Shown here piece after piece: positions 26,100 to 39,146 of a DNA stretch of 64,000 nucleotides. The stretch's first letter is position 1, and each line of letters begins with the position of its first letter. The stretch covers positions 50,964,001-51,028,000 of the forward strand of contig NC_043002.1 in the NCBI RefSeq assembly GCF_006345805.1. Reading direction: 5' to 3'. The notes under the pieces are model-generated. The model was not told the DNA's origin. It saw only the letters and a list, made by a program, of their open reading frames with translations, and did not search any database. The position numbers and the translations under genes were made by a program. The stretch comes from Octopus sinensis. Taxonomy: Eukaryota.

Positions 26100-27000
26100 A
26101 GTTTTTGTACCAATTGTCTGAAAATCGTGATTGAAATTATTATTGGAATACTGCAATAAATAGCAGATCTTGTATGCTTGCATATTCACATTTATATGAT
26201 AATATTTCCTGATCTTTTATTGATTCACTGCAATGAGATATCGGGTCAATCAAAGAACAGGATAATACTGTCAACTGTCTGAACTTGCATCAGCTGACAG
26301 TCATGTGGTGAGATGACAAGGGGATTACAATAGTTTTTGTCGTTTATAGATCTCCAATTGTATAACTTGTTTTATAAAAGAGCCAGACTTTTGACATCAG
26401 TACATGTTAAAGAGGATAGCTTTAAAGAAATGCTTGAGTTTTTCTCCAGCCATTGTTTTCTCTTTTAGTTATACATTTAGTCTCTGTCTAATAGTTATCT
26501 TGTTACAAACAGACTAGTTTGAAGAACTTAATGGGTTTTTAACATCAATAACTGTTATAGGAGGGGTTAATAACCTCAGGCATAGAGTATCTGTGCCACT
26601 CCAATGCTATAAGAAGTAAAATTTAAATATGGTTATATTTCCTAATATTATTTTAGATAAAGATAATGAGAAGTTATTATATTCTTTCTTTTTGCATGAA
26701 TATTAGTAATCAGTATGCTATATATCTACTTAAACTGATAATCATATAGGCTCACGTCTTCGAATCATTATGAGTTTATCTCTTTCAGTACATATCTCTG
26801 CAATAAGGAAAATAGGGATATATTCTCTGATGAAATATTCATAAAAAGCGTGGGGTTTTCATCAATATATGATTGATACAGAGCACTAGGTATGTAGTCT
26901 ACGTGTGATAATAATTTCATCAAACATGCAGGATGATGATGCTGTGACGGGGAAAAATTTCGAATTCACCAGAACAAAAAATGAGAACTTAAGGAATGTC
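26100..27000 (+). pseudogene. Possible highly decayed L2/CR1-type LINE (APE to RT start)
   Basis: Only short motif hints (VVYRSP; EDSFKEMLEFFS) among many stops. Confidence 0.3.
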
Positions 27001-27702
27001 ATAAAATATTACAATTAATTTTGTCTGAGATTTGACTGACTTTTGTCACTAAACTAGTATTGGCAGTAATAATTTCCTTCATAATACCACTAAAAAAAGG
27101 GAATTATTTTTTACTATAACTGTACCAATAATAGTTGTCTGATTATCACAACACATAGTACACCTGATTACTTGAATAAACAAAAGTTTTAAATACACAT
27201 CATAATTACGTAATTATGGAATTAATAATGTTTATCCTAATGAAACAGCTGTTGTGCACATTTAATGTATGAACTATATATTTATCCTTTTGTTTTCAAT
27301 CTAGATATGTTGTTCTATACGATCGTTTTAGCTGATTATATAAATAAATGCAAGCCATTTCCATTCGGATTTACTGCAATATAATAAAGTCACAATAAGA
27401 GACCAGAACCAGCTGTTGCGTGTCAAGAACCTATAGAAAACAGCTGAAAGCAAGCCTACGGCAACTTACAGGAGTGTAGAAGGTAAATTGCTACCAAGCT
27501 TACAACATCCGCGTTAAGTTGATTATAAGGATTGACATACAGACACGCACACGCACACACACAGACACTCACACATACATGCGCACACGCACAACTACAT
27601 ACAAACACGTATACTTACATACATACATACATGTTTACACATAAAAGCACACACGTTTGCATGCATATATGTATATATGTGTGTATGTATGTATGCATGT
27701 AT

Positions 27703-27730
27703 GAAGATGATGATGATGATGATGATGATG

Positions 27731-27769
<39 letters not shown>

Positions 27770-27777
27770 TAATAATA

Positions 27778-27809
<32 letters not shown>

Positions 27810-27824
27810 TAATAATAATAATAA

Positions 27825-27855
<31 letters not shown>

Positions 27856-27892
27856 AAGAAGAAGAAGAAGAAGAAGAAGAAGAAGAAGAAGG
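27703..27892. repeat. Compound (GAT)n-(AAT)n-(GAA)n microsatellite
   Basis: Read directly from the sequence. Confidence 0.95.
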
Positions 27893-27900
27893 ATGCTGAT

Positions 27901-28075
27901 GATAACAAGAGCACTCAGAAATCGCTAACCTTCGCCAAGGCAAACCAGTCCGTGCCAGACACGAGGCCAAACATCCCTGAAAGTTAGATCCGAATCCATC
28001 TAGCGGTTCTTGAAATATCTTTCCACGGACAAACAAATAAATACAACTGAAAGCAATACACCCGCCTGTTGTAAA
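27901..28075 (+). mobile_element. Helitron/Helentron-associated non-autonomous fragment
   Basis: aagttagatccgaatccatctagcggttcttgaaatatc...acggacaaacaaa resembles the core of the Helitron at 7700-7790. Confidence 0.35.
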
Positions 28076-28165
28076 CTTATCAGACAGGTAGTCATGAAGG
28101 GTATACTGGGGCTAGTATGTTTCTTTCTCAGTGTCACTTCGATGGCATGCGCTGCTCTCTCTCAA

Positions 28166-28166
<1 letters not shown>
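28076..28166 (+). mobile_element. 3'-end fragment (~90 bp) of the ~560-bp (AAT)n element, copy 4
   Basis: cttatcagacaggtagtcatg...cagtgtcacttcgatggcatgcgctgctctctctcaat aligns to the 3' end of copies 2 and 3. Confidence 0.75.
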
Positions 28167-28249
<83 letters not shown>

Positions 28250-29527
28250 GTTTATTCCTTCTTTCTTCAAATTTTTTTCCGTATCTCGCCGAGTGTTTTC
28301 CATACACCTAGGACAGAGAAGGGCATTGTATGCATTCGCAGATTACACGCGCAAATTCACAGATAAAATATGTGTTTAAAAATTAATAAATAAATAAATT
28401 CATGGATGGATGTTATTTTCACAGCGATAATGCTCTTCTCAGTACATGAGCCGTCCAGTTAATACGATTTTTTGCACTTCCTGTAGGGATGGTAAGCCTG
28501 GAATCATTTACAAATAGGTTTCAGTACCTTTTTTTATCATTCCTAGAGATCCTACAATCACTGGTACTGTAGTCGTCTTGAGATGCCACATTTTTTCAAT
28601 TTCTATTAGCAGGTCTTTATATTTACTAATCTTGCCAAATTCTTTCGCCGCTATATTGTGATCACAGGAAATACTCATGTCAATTAATAAACACATCCTT
28701 TTTGTTTGATCTTTTATAATAATATCCAGTTTATTAAATTTTATAGTCTTGTCGGTCTGAACGGAGAAGTCCCATAGAATCGACACATTTTCTCCCTCAG
28801 TCACAGCTTCAGAATGATGTTTATACAATTTGTCAGCGGTTTTGATTTTATAATGCCGACATATTGTCCAATGTAAATACTGGCCGACTCTGTCATGTCT
28901 TGCTTTATATTCTGCAGGTGCTAAGACTCTACACCATGAGATTAGGTGGTCTATTGTTTCAATCTCATCGTTACAGAATCGGCATTTTGGGTCAGCTCCA
29001 TTTTTCATCACATTGGCTTGGTAGTTCCGGGTTAATAACCTTTGGTCTTGGGCTGCTAATATGAAACCTTCACTCTCTGCTTTTAGCCCTGAGCTTCGCA
29101 ACCATTAGTGCGTGTGTTTCTGGTCGACATCAGCTTGTTTGCTACGGGCCACATACTTGCCATGGAGAGGTTTCTGTTCCCATCTGCTAGCTAAATTTTC
29201 ATGTGCTTTTGTCTTTGCAATAATTTTATTTTCTCAGTAGCTGCAGTTGGCGCATTTCCTTCAGCCTGCTCAATCTGGTGGGTATCTAAGAGATCAGCAG
29301 CGAATTTTTTGCTCTCTTTGAGAATAGAGTGAAGTTTTTTTTAAGTCTTTCATGCTTTTCAACAAGTTTTAGCCAATTTGGCCAGTCCGATTGTGGTGGT
29401 TTTGTATGTAAGTTCAAGCCGGATCAAACCTCGACCTCCCTGAGCTCTGGGAAGGTAAAGGCGATCCACGTCTGCCTTTGGATGGTGCATCTTATTACAA
29501 GTCAGTAGCGTGCGGATTTTTCTGTCA
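28250..29527 (-). mobile_element. R4/Dong-clade LINE, 5'-truncated (thumb, CCHC, RLE, 3' UTR)
   Basis: IDRKIRTLL...HHPKADVDRLYLPRAQGGRGL; CRFCNDEIETIDHLISWC (CCHC); ILWDFSVQTDK...DII...LIDMSI...KYKDL; (AAT)n at 28168-28249 and 29528-29570. Confidence 0.9.
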
Positions 29528-29572
<45 letters not shown>

Positions 29573-29576
29573 AATA

Positions 29577-29614
<38 letters not shown>

Positions 29615-32600
29615 TACAAGAGAGATACACCGGGGGACGTTTAAGATGTAAGAACGATAAAACAGAGCTCCAAAATCTATCCACAAACATCGAAAACAAG
29701 GACATCGTATGGAGCCAAAGATTTACTAACAAAGGATTGGAATGTATCCGAGTAAGTAATACTCATTGAAATTTATTACTATTTTCGAAACGAAATGATG
29801 TATTTTGACTCGATATCATCTCCACCTCTAACACAACACATGTAAACATGCGTGATACATTACGATCCATCAACACCAGACCATCCCCAACCCCAAACAC
29901 CATGTACAAAGGAACTACGAAGAAATTAAATACCAACGATATTATTCAACCCAAGAATAACAATCGGGAGGTACGTAATTTAAACTTACAACACAAAATG
30001 TACGAAAAACTACACGTGCAAAACAATGTGACAACAGAAATGAACGGACCGGTACCCTACGAAAATGACGACCGTCAAAATAATGGGCCGGACGTTGTTC
30101 CTCATGTCCCGCAAATAAAACCCAAAAAACATAAATGGACACGTGAGGAATACATTTCTATCCTACACGCATACTTCACAGCAGTGCTCTACCCAAAAAA
30201 TGAAATCACAACAACACATACATATAAAATATGGAAGGAAAATAACATAAATATAGACTTGAATACATCAATGGACACTAATAAACTAGCTAACGTACGA
30301 AGGTACATTCTCAACGCAAAAAAATATCAGAAATAGAAATAGAGCATCTAACAGAAAAAATACACCAGGAAAATGTAGATAGAAGCCACACAACAATGCC
30401 CAATAATATAAACACTGAAACAGTAAAACACGAAGACAAACGTAACATTCCCAACAAATACGATGTAAACAAAAAACAACAAACCCAGACCGTAAGGATG
30501 CATAATAATACACGACAAACAGCAAGCCAAAACGCGGCAAACAAACATATAAATAAGAAAGAAAGCGACACAAATCTAAAACCTGGAAACAACGAAGGGG
30601 AGCCTAATGATTATGATAATATAAAAAGTAAAATAATCAAAGAACTGAAAACCACAGAGCTCAAAATGGACCACCGACCATACCTCCCAAAAATCAAAAT
30701 AGACAAAACAACAACACCAATTATAAACAGCATAAACCTAGCTGTCACGGAACTAATAGCCACTGAAATAAAAAGCGATATCACTGAGCTAAATGACTTT
30801 AGTATACGCAGCAGCCACTGCAGCCACAAAAGAAGCTGGATACTCACTCAAACCAATCCAAACAGGAGTACCACCACCCAAACAAACCCTGTGGGTAAAT
30901 AACATCCAAAACAAAATACAAAAAATGAGAAAAGATCTGTCGATTCTTAATGAAATCAGTAGACAATCAACACTACTGAGCAACAAAAAGAAAACAAAAA
31001 TACTCCGCAAATATAACATCACAGAAAAAGATTTACTTGAGATAAAAGAAAAGCTGAAGCAAGATATCCTTGCCAAAGCACAAAGGATTCGCCGGTACGA
31101 GAAACGCCAGTGCTTCTTTGAACAAAACAAAAAGTTCAACTCCAACCCCAAAAAGTTCTACCAAGAACTTGGCAAAAATAAAATAGAAATCACTCCCGCA
31201 CCAACGGCAGAAGAAGTGGAAGAATTCTGGAGAGAAATATGGTCGGCGAACGAACAACCAAAAAAAAGGAGTATCAAAACAACAAACTCGGCATCTGAGC
31301 AACTTTGGACCCCCATAACAACTGAAGAGGTCACCCAGGCACAGCAAAGACTAAGCAACTGGAAGGCACCTGGGCATGACAAGATCCCCAACTTCTGGTT
31401 GAAATATCTAACAGGAATGCACAAAAAGCTGGCTGAAAAATTTAACAACATACTAGCAGAGCCAGAGACAATGCCCGAATGGCTCACGAAGGGGAAAACC
31501 ATCTTAATTCCCAAATCAAATGAGACAGCAAAACCAGAAAACTACAGACCAATAACCTGTCTCCCTACATGTACAAGGCATTTACTGCAGTGATATCGTA
31601 AAGGTTGAACAAGCACCTGGACGAAAACCTGTTTCCAGAAGAGCAGAAAGATGCCGCAAAGGCTCATATGGCTGTAAAGATCAACTAATGATTAATAAAG
31701 CCATAACTGAAGACAGCCACAGAAAGAAGAAAGGCCTCAGTATGGCCTGGATCGACTACAAAAAGGCGTTTGATAGCATTCCCCACACATGGATCCTCGA
31801 AACACTAGCCATTAACAAAGTAGCACCAACAATTATAAAATTCATAGGGCACTCTATGAATAAATGGCAAACAGTGCTACAGCTCCAAACAAAAGAGGGA
31901 CTCATGAAAACCAAAGGCATCCCCATTAGAAGAGGAATATTCCAGGGAGACACGCTCTCTTCACTCCTTTTCTGCTTGGCACTGTCACCTCTATCTGATA
32001 TGCTAAATAGAACTGGATGCGGATATAAATGTTACGGCAAACGATCAGCCACCTTTTATATATGGATGACCTAAAACTATACGCTGCAAATGACAAACAG
32101 CTGGAAACACTATTAAAGACAGTTCATGGTTTACCAAAGAAATAGATATGAAATTTGAATTAGAAAAATGCGCCAAAGTAACCATGAAAAGAGGAAAACT
32201 AGTTAAGAGTAGCAACATCACACTAGATAAAACCAATGAAATAAAAGAATTAGACCAAAGCCAAACTTACAAATACTTAGGAATCCATGAACTAGATAAG
32301 ACACAACACACACAAATGAAAGGGAAAATAAAAAAAGAATATTATAGACGAAGTAGATCAATACTAAAATCAGAGCTCAATGCTAAAAACAAGATGATAG
32401 GTATTAACACTTTAGCTGTCCCAGTTACACTAAATGAACTGACCAAAATAGATAGGAAAACAAGAAAAATAATGACAGGATCTGGGATGCATCACTCAAA
32501 ATCTGACATAGAAAGACTATATATACAACGTATAGAAGGTGGTAGAGGCCTTATACAGCTGGAAAACCACTATAAAATAACCACCATAGGACTGCAAAAA

Positions 32601-33684
32601 TATCTACTTCAGAAGGAATGAAAACTGATACAAATAGCGACAAAACACAAGCAAAACAAAAAACTGTTCTCAGTATTTAAGGAAGCTGACAAATACAAAC
32701 AAGAAATCATACCACCTAATAAATATGAAGAATAAGAAGAAGAAGATGAAGAAACAACAAAAGCTATAAAACAAATGAAATCCAAACTAAAAATAGAACA
32801 GCAGCGAACCATGATAAAACGATGGCAAGAAAAGCCCCTTCATGATAAATACTGGACTAAACTAAACGCAAAAGAAATAGACAAAGAAAAATCCCAGCAA
32901 TGGTTGAGAAGCTCAGGATTCAAATCAGAGACAGAGGGATTTTTAATTGCAGCACAAGACCAAAGCCTCCCCACCAGAAATTACCAAAAAAATGTAATGA
33001 AAAGAAATATAACAAGTAACTGCAGAATATGTGGAGATGGACAAGAAACAATAAATCATATTATCTCTGGCTGCCCAGTCCTGGCTAAGAAGGAATATAT
33101 TCACAGACATGACAGAGTTGGAACCTACATACACTGGAAGCTATGCCAACATTATGGAATAACAACAGAAAAAAGATGGTATAGGCACACACCAGAAAAG
33201 GTCACAGAAAACGAGAAAGCAACCATACTCTGGGGTATGCCGAAACACACAGATAGAGAAATTAAGGCCAACAGACCAGATATAGTTGTCAGAGATCATG
33301 AAGAAAAAAAATGCTTTCTAATTCATGTATCAATACCGGCAGATGACAACGTGTCTCTAAAAGAAACGGAGAAACTTTCAAAATACAAAGACCTGGAAAT
33401 AGAGGTAACCAGAATGTGGAATCTAAAAACAGAAACAATTCCTATCATAGTAGGTGCATTAGGCATGATAAAAAAATATTCAGACAAATGCATAACAAAA
33501 ACACCAGGACTTACAAACACATATAACATACAGAAAATTGCACTACTAGGCACTGCACACATCCTACGCAGAACACTTTCCATACAATAACCATCAGAGC
33601 ATCACAACAAATCACAGCACATACCTAAGGCACACAGAGCTGCGCTCGGTAGTGAAGTGAAAGCACGCTATAAAAATAAAACTA

Positions 33685-33687
<3 letters not shown>
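29615..33687 (+). mobile_element. R4/Dong-clade non-LTR retrotransposon, near full length (~4.07 kb), inactive
   Basis: One broken ORF 29848-33590: Myb-like KWTREEY...LANVRRYI, RT motifs APGHDKI, NYRPITCL, WIDYKKAFDSIPH, GIFQGDTLS, YMDD (32059-32070), YKYLG, CCHC CRICGDGQETINHIISGC, RLE RPDIV...EKLSKYKDL; (AAT)n on both sides. Confidence 0.95.
29848..33590 (+). pseudogene. Myb-RT-CCHC-RLE polyprotein of the R4/Dong element (frameshifts and nonsense codons)
   Basis: ORF-track pieces 29848-30336, 30396-30902, 30793-31593, 31688-32074, 32148-32621 and 32775-33590 are collinear parts of one protein. Confidence 0.9.
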
Positions 33688-33757
<70 letters not shown>

Positions 33758-33760
<3 letters not shown>

Positions 33761-33994
33761 TGACAGAAAAATTTAAGGTGGAGTACTTACACAGACTGAG
33801 ATTGATCCTTAATTCAAAATTAAACGAACGCAATAAGATCGAAGCTAACAACACCTGGCCGGTTTCAATCCTTACATATGGAGCAGGGGTAACCGCATGG
33901 ACAGTAGACGAACTAAACAGCTTAGACAGAAAGACACTGGTAATGAACAACTGACACTGTAGTACATCTCCAGTGTTAGAAGTTGTACAAAGGA
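33758..33994 (+). mobile_element. Short R4/Dong fragment of a different subfamily (thumb region joined to a short 3' end)
   Basis: EYLHRLRLILNSKLNERNKIEANNTWPVSILTYGAGVTAWTVDELNSLDRKT; (AAT)n at 33688-33757 and 33995-34067. Confidence 0.75.
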
Positions 33995-34025
33995 AATAAT
34001 GATAATAATAATAATAATAATAATA

Positions 34026-34067
<42 letters not shown>

Positions 34068-34068
<1 letters not shown>

Positions 34069-34243
34069 CTGTGTGGTAAGTAGCTTGCTTACCATCCACA
34101 TAGTTCCAGGTTCAGTTCCACTGTGTGGCACCTTGGGCATGTGTCTTCTACTATAACCTCGGGATGACCGAAGCCTTGAGAGTGGATTTGGTAGACGGAA
34201 ACTGAGAGAAGCCTGTCGTATATATATATATATATACACACAC

Positions 34244-34324
<81 letters not shown>

Positions 34325-34515
34325 TGTCTCCCCACCATCGTTTGACAACCGATGTTGGTGGGTTTACGTCCCCGTAACTTAGCGGTTCGGCAATTGAGAC
34401 CGATATAATAAGTACAAGGTATTAGGCTTACAAAGAGTAAGTTCTGGGATCGTTTTGTTCGACTAAAGTCGGTGCTGCTTCAGCATGGTCGCAGTCAAAT
34501 GACTGAAGCAAATAG
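34068..34515 (+). mobile_element. SINE family A (head slightly truncated)
   Basis: Starts directly after (AAT)n; standard body and tail. Confidence 0.8.
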
Positions 34516-35036
34516 AACACAATGAGTTACTTGGAGCTTCAGACATTCATTAACTGTCACATTTTCATTTGAAACAGCTACTCTTCAAAGTATATCGTAT
34601 ACATAGTATATACAGACTATTTAATTGTTCACGTGGGTGATGGCTAGATGAATATGGGTTTCTCGTTATATAATCAATAGTCGATATTATATCATTGCTT
34701 TCTTCAATGTCTTCAATCATATTTTATGATTTGTCATCCATACTTTACTGAAACAATTGTTAACTTTGGAATATTATATAATGACGTTGACACACACGTA
34801 TATACATACATAAAGATATATGCACACGTATATATATGGATTTATGCGCACTCTCACATTCACACATTCACACATATACACACACAGGTATAATGTAATG
34901 ATATTTACGAATATGTTTATAATATGTATAGCCTATACATAGCGGTGCCCCAGCAAATGGCGGTGCCCCAGCAAAAGGCATTGTCCCAGCATGGCCACAG
35001 CTCGTGAGCTGAAACTAGATAAAATAAAATTAAAAA

Positions 35037-35070
<34 letters not shown>

Positions 35071-35264
35071 GTACATATGTCTTAGAGTGTGGAGTTTCGT
35101 ATATATATTTCTTTTAGTATCTAATTCGTTTTTGGATTTGGTTTGCAAGATTCTATATTTATATTATTCCCAGTATGTTTAGACGTTTAACTATACACAC
35201 TCATACACACACTCGCACAAGCACGCGCAGACACAAGAACATACATGCAAAGCCACAACATGCA

Positions 35265-35307
<43 letters not shown>

Positions 35308-36004
35308 ACACACACACAACACACACACACACACACACACAGAAGCGCACATACACATATCAATAGAAGCTGTGTTCAGATACCTGTGAAATATGTCAGT
35401 CTCATTCGTCACAAGCTCACCTTTTACAATCCATTTCTTTCTGACACAAAACTCATTACTCTCTTTCATTTCACATAATGTATTTCCTTTTCTCTTTCAC
35501 ATTCTCCTTATTTATCATCTATTTTCTCCCATCGTTTCAGACACCCCATCTCCACCAAATCGCCGCATTTACAATCCCCATTATATTTTATCCCCCCCCC
35601 CAAAAAAAACCCCCCAAATCTTTTGTCTGTTCTTCTTTTTGTTTATCTGTGTGCTCTCCATTTTCTTTTATTTCTTGTTGCTTTTTATGATTTCTTATTC
35701 CTCACTTCTCTATGTGTGGCTGTTATATCTTCTGCTATTATTATCCTCGTTGATGTTCTGATAATCGTATCGTTGTTTTGTTGATTTTTGCACTTCTTTA
35801 GTTGTCGCTGTACTCGTTGTTGTTACTATGTTGATGTGTGATGTAAGCAGAACGGATAGGTCCTGTTTCTATGTACAATAATAACACCTCTGACAGCCTG
35901 AATATTTAAACATGATAGGATGGGCAGTTAACCAATGTTTCTGCTACCATAACAACTTCATGGTGGTGGTGGTGGTGGTAGTGTTCGTGATATATATATA
36001 GGGG

Positions 36005-36374
36005 TAGAGTGCTGTGTGGTAAGGTTCCAGGTTCAGTCCTACTGCGTGGCACTTTGGGCAAGTGTCTTCTACTATAGCCTCGGGCCGACCAAATCCTTGT
36101 GAGTGGATTTGGTAGACAGAAACTGAAAGAAGCCCGTCGTATATATGTATATGTATATATGTATGTGTGTGTCTGTGTTTGTCCCCCAACATCGCTTGAC
36201 GACCGATGCTGGTGTGTTTACGTCCCCGTAACTTAGCGGTTCGGCAAAAAGAGACCGATAGAATAAGTACTAGGTTTACAAAGAATAAGTCCTAGCGTCG
36301 ATGTACTCGACTAAATGCGGTGCTCCAGCATGGCCACAGTCAAATGACTGAAACAAATAAAACAAGTAAAACAG
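36005..36374 (+). mobile_element. SINE family A
   Basis: Matches 52568-52960 closely. Confidence 0.8.
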
Positions 36375-36584
36375 TATATATATAATGAATGTATGTATGT
36401 ATGATAAAAATACAAATGGGTTATATATTTACTACAGCTGTTTCAGAAGCATTTATACATATAAGTGTGTGTTTGTGTATGCATACATAGACACATATAC
36501 ACCCACACAAAGACATATTTCTCTATATCTATATCTGTCAGTCTATCTATCAACCTAACTCTCAGTCAATCAATCAATCAATCA

Positions 36585-36662
<78 letters not shown>

Positions 36663-37980
36663 ACATACATAAATATGTATGTGTGTAAATATATTCGTGC
36701 GTGTGCATACACGAACACATGTTTAATACTGGTACGTATACGGACACACACATACATACATTTAGTATTTGTTATACCACCTTTTATCCATTCAATTATC
36801 TCGGCTAATATGTAGATAGCATGCACACACACACACACACACACATATATACACACATGCATATAGACATATACATATAACAGTATATGTGTACATACAC
36901 ACACGTAGGGATATGTCTTTAATACGCATAGACATGTACATTTATATATATATCTATGGTGTGTGTGTGAGTGTGTATGTGTGTTGACGTATGCGTCAAA
37001 TATAGATAAATTTGTACACATATGCGTATGCATATTTTGTGCATATACATATACTTACACACAAATACACACACAACTCACGGACAGCTCTACGTCGATG
37101 AGTGACAGCGGACACGTCAAGAGATTTGCGAGATAACTGTGGAATTGAGAAAAATTAGCAGACAATACCACCCGTTTTTTTATAAGACAAGGATGCGTAA
37201 GGTTGATTTTGGTTGGGTGGTAGGCATTGCTGGTGATAAGAAACAGAGGGGAGAGAGAGAGTGAGAGAGAGAGAGAGGAGAGAGAGAGAGAAAGTGAACG
37301 AGACAGAGAGATGTGAGAGTGAGGGGAAAGAGGATGGAGAGAGAGAGAACCTGATTTTTCGAGTGTAATACTGGATTGATCGGTGTCAGTGCCATGGACG
37401 GTGAAATGAAGACCAGAGGGGGGGGGGGAGGAGGAGGAGGAAGAGGAACAAAAAGTGTGATGATAGATTAGTTAAATATGAATAAGTCTTTTATCGGTAG
37501 GCAGGTAGGTGTATTCAATGAATATAATAGTGCGTGCATATGTTTGTGTGTGTGTGTGTGTGTGTGTGTACGCGTGAGTGTCAGTTCTGTCTGATGGTGT
37601 GAGCGACACCGTGAGAGGATATCTCTTCATCCACACATACACACACATACACACATACACATACGCACGCATACATACACAGATGCATACATTCACATAA
37701 CATGAATGAAAAAAACAAAATCAAAACTCACACACCTGTACACAAATCAGACGGAAACTAATCTCGCATTACAGGCATTTTATATATTTAATCATATATC
37801 GAGAACACACATACACTCACTCACATATATATACATACATACATACATACATACACAGACACTCAGACACAGACACACACACACATACACACACACACAC
37901 ACACCACACACACATATATATATATATATATATACATATATCTATATATACCTATATATACATACATATATATATATATA

Positions 37981-39141
37981 CTAGCATTAAAGACCCGTCG
38001 TTGCCGGGTCATAATGCTAGTGCATGTATATATGTGTATATATATGTGTACATATTACATGTACATCTATATATATATATATCTACACATAAAATACAAA
38101 ATACAAAGTTATATCTTGATATCGCTAGTGATAAACAATACTCAAAATATATAACAGACTGGAATTGTTAGCCCGTCTCTTGTAATTTCGATCAATTGTA
38201 TCTTGTCCTCCCTCTTGTATAGAAGTGTGGCTACAATCCAGCCTACCTCTATATCGGGGTGGGGGCATTAAAAATTTTTTTCGGGACGTCCTACCTCCCA
38301 GATATAAAGGTAAAAATAAAATATTTCCACTTTGCAAGTTCGAGTCGAGTACTCCCTTGCACGCTTCGTTGACTTGAACCTTGCTTCTATTGTGGCGATT
38401 TTACCGCCTCTGATTAGATACCTTTCATAGTCGCACCAAGACACTTTTCGAAGGTGCTTTCTTCCAGGTGTTCAAATCTTTTTTCTCTACATTGTATACG
38501 TTATAGACAATATACTTTTCTTTTGTTTAATTTTTTATTATCCATCTGGTCTATTCCATTTCTGCACGCTAATTTTATTTTTAATTATTCTCATTCATGT
38601 GAAAACCACTTATTCAAGTCAAATCATTGATGCAATTTTATACCAATTGCTATTTTACTTTTGACATGTTACTTAGTTTGATTTTAATTATAACTTACTA
38701 CATATAATTCAAGTGTATTATTATTCATTGTTAAAGTGAAAGTATCTGACAAAAATAGAGAAACGTTTTTGTTTCACTTTTAACACGTAATATGAAATAG
38801 TGGAGAAGATAGATATTGCTATGTCCTCGCTCTAGGCAAGAAGTTGAACATTTTTTTGCCCATGAAACTACATGGACCCTAAGTAAGACATGTGTAAACT
38901 TTGAATGGAATTAGTTGTGTAGTTCTCAAGTTTTAGGGAATTGTAGTGGAGAAGATATGATATTGCTGTGGGCTCGCCCTAGGCAAAAAGTTAATTTTTG
39001 CCGATGACACTCCCCCGACCCTAAGTAAGGCATGTGTAAAATTTGAATGAAATTGGTTGTGTAGTTCTCAAGTTTTAGGGAAACACACAGACAGACAGAC
39101 AGACAGACCGACACACATTCTCAGTTTTATATATATAAAGA
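37981..39141 (-). mobile_element. Non-autonomous Helitron with an internal ~146-bp tandem duplication
   Basis: Minus A|TC start at 39141; 3' hairpin gacccg/cgggtc then CTAG|T at 37981; duplicated units at about 38798-38943 and 38944-39082; (CAGA)n near the 5' end. Confidence 0.72.
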
Positions 39142-39146
39142 TATAT

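Noticed and set aside
29615-29730. HDV-like ribozyme in the R4 5' UTR (gctcca/tggagc followed by CAAA)
   Set aside because: A P4-like helix and J4/2-like string exist, but I found no P1 partner for gggggac and no room for P3/L3; this needs a descriptor search.
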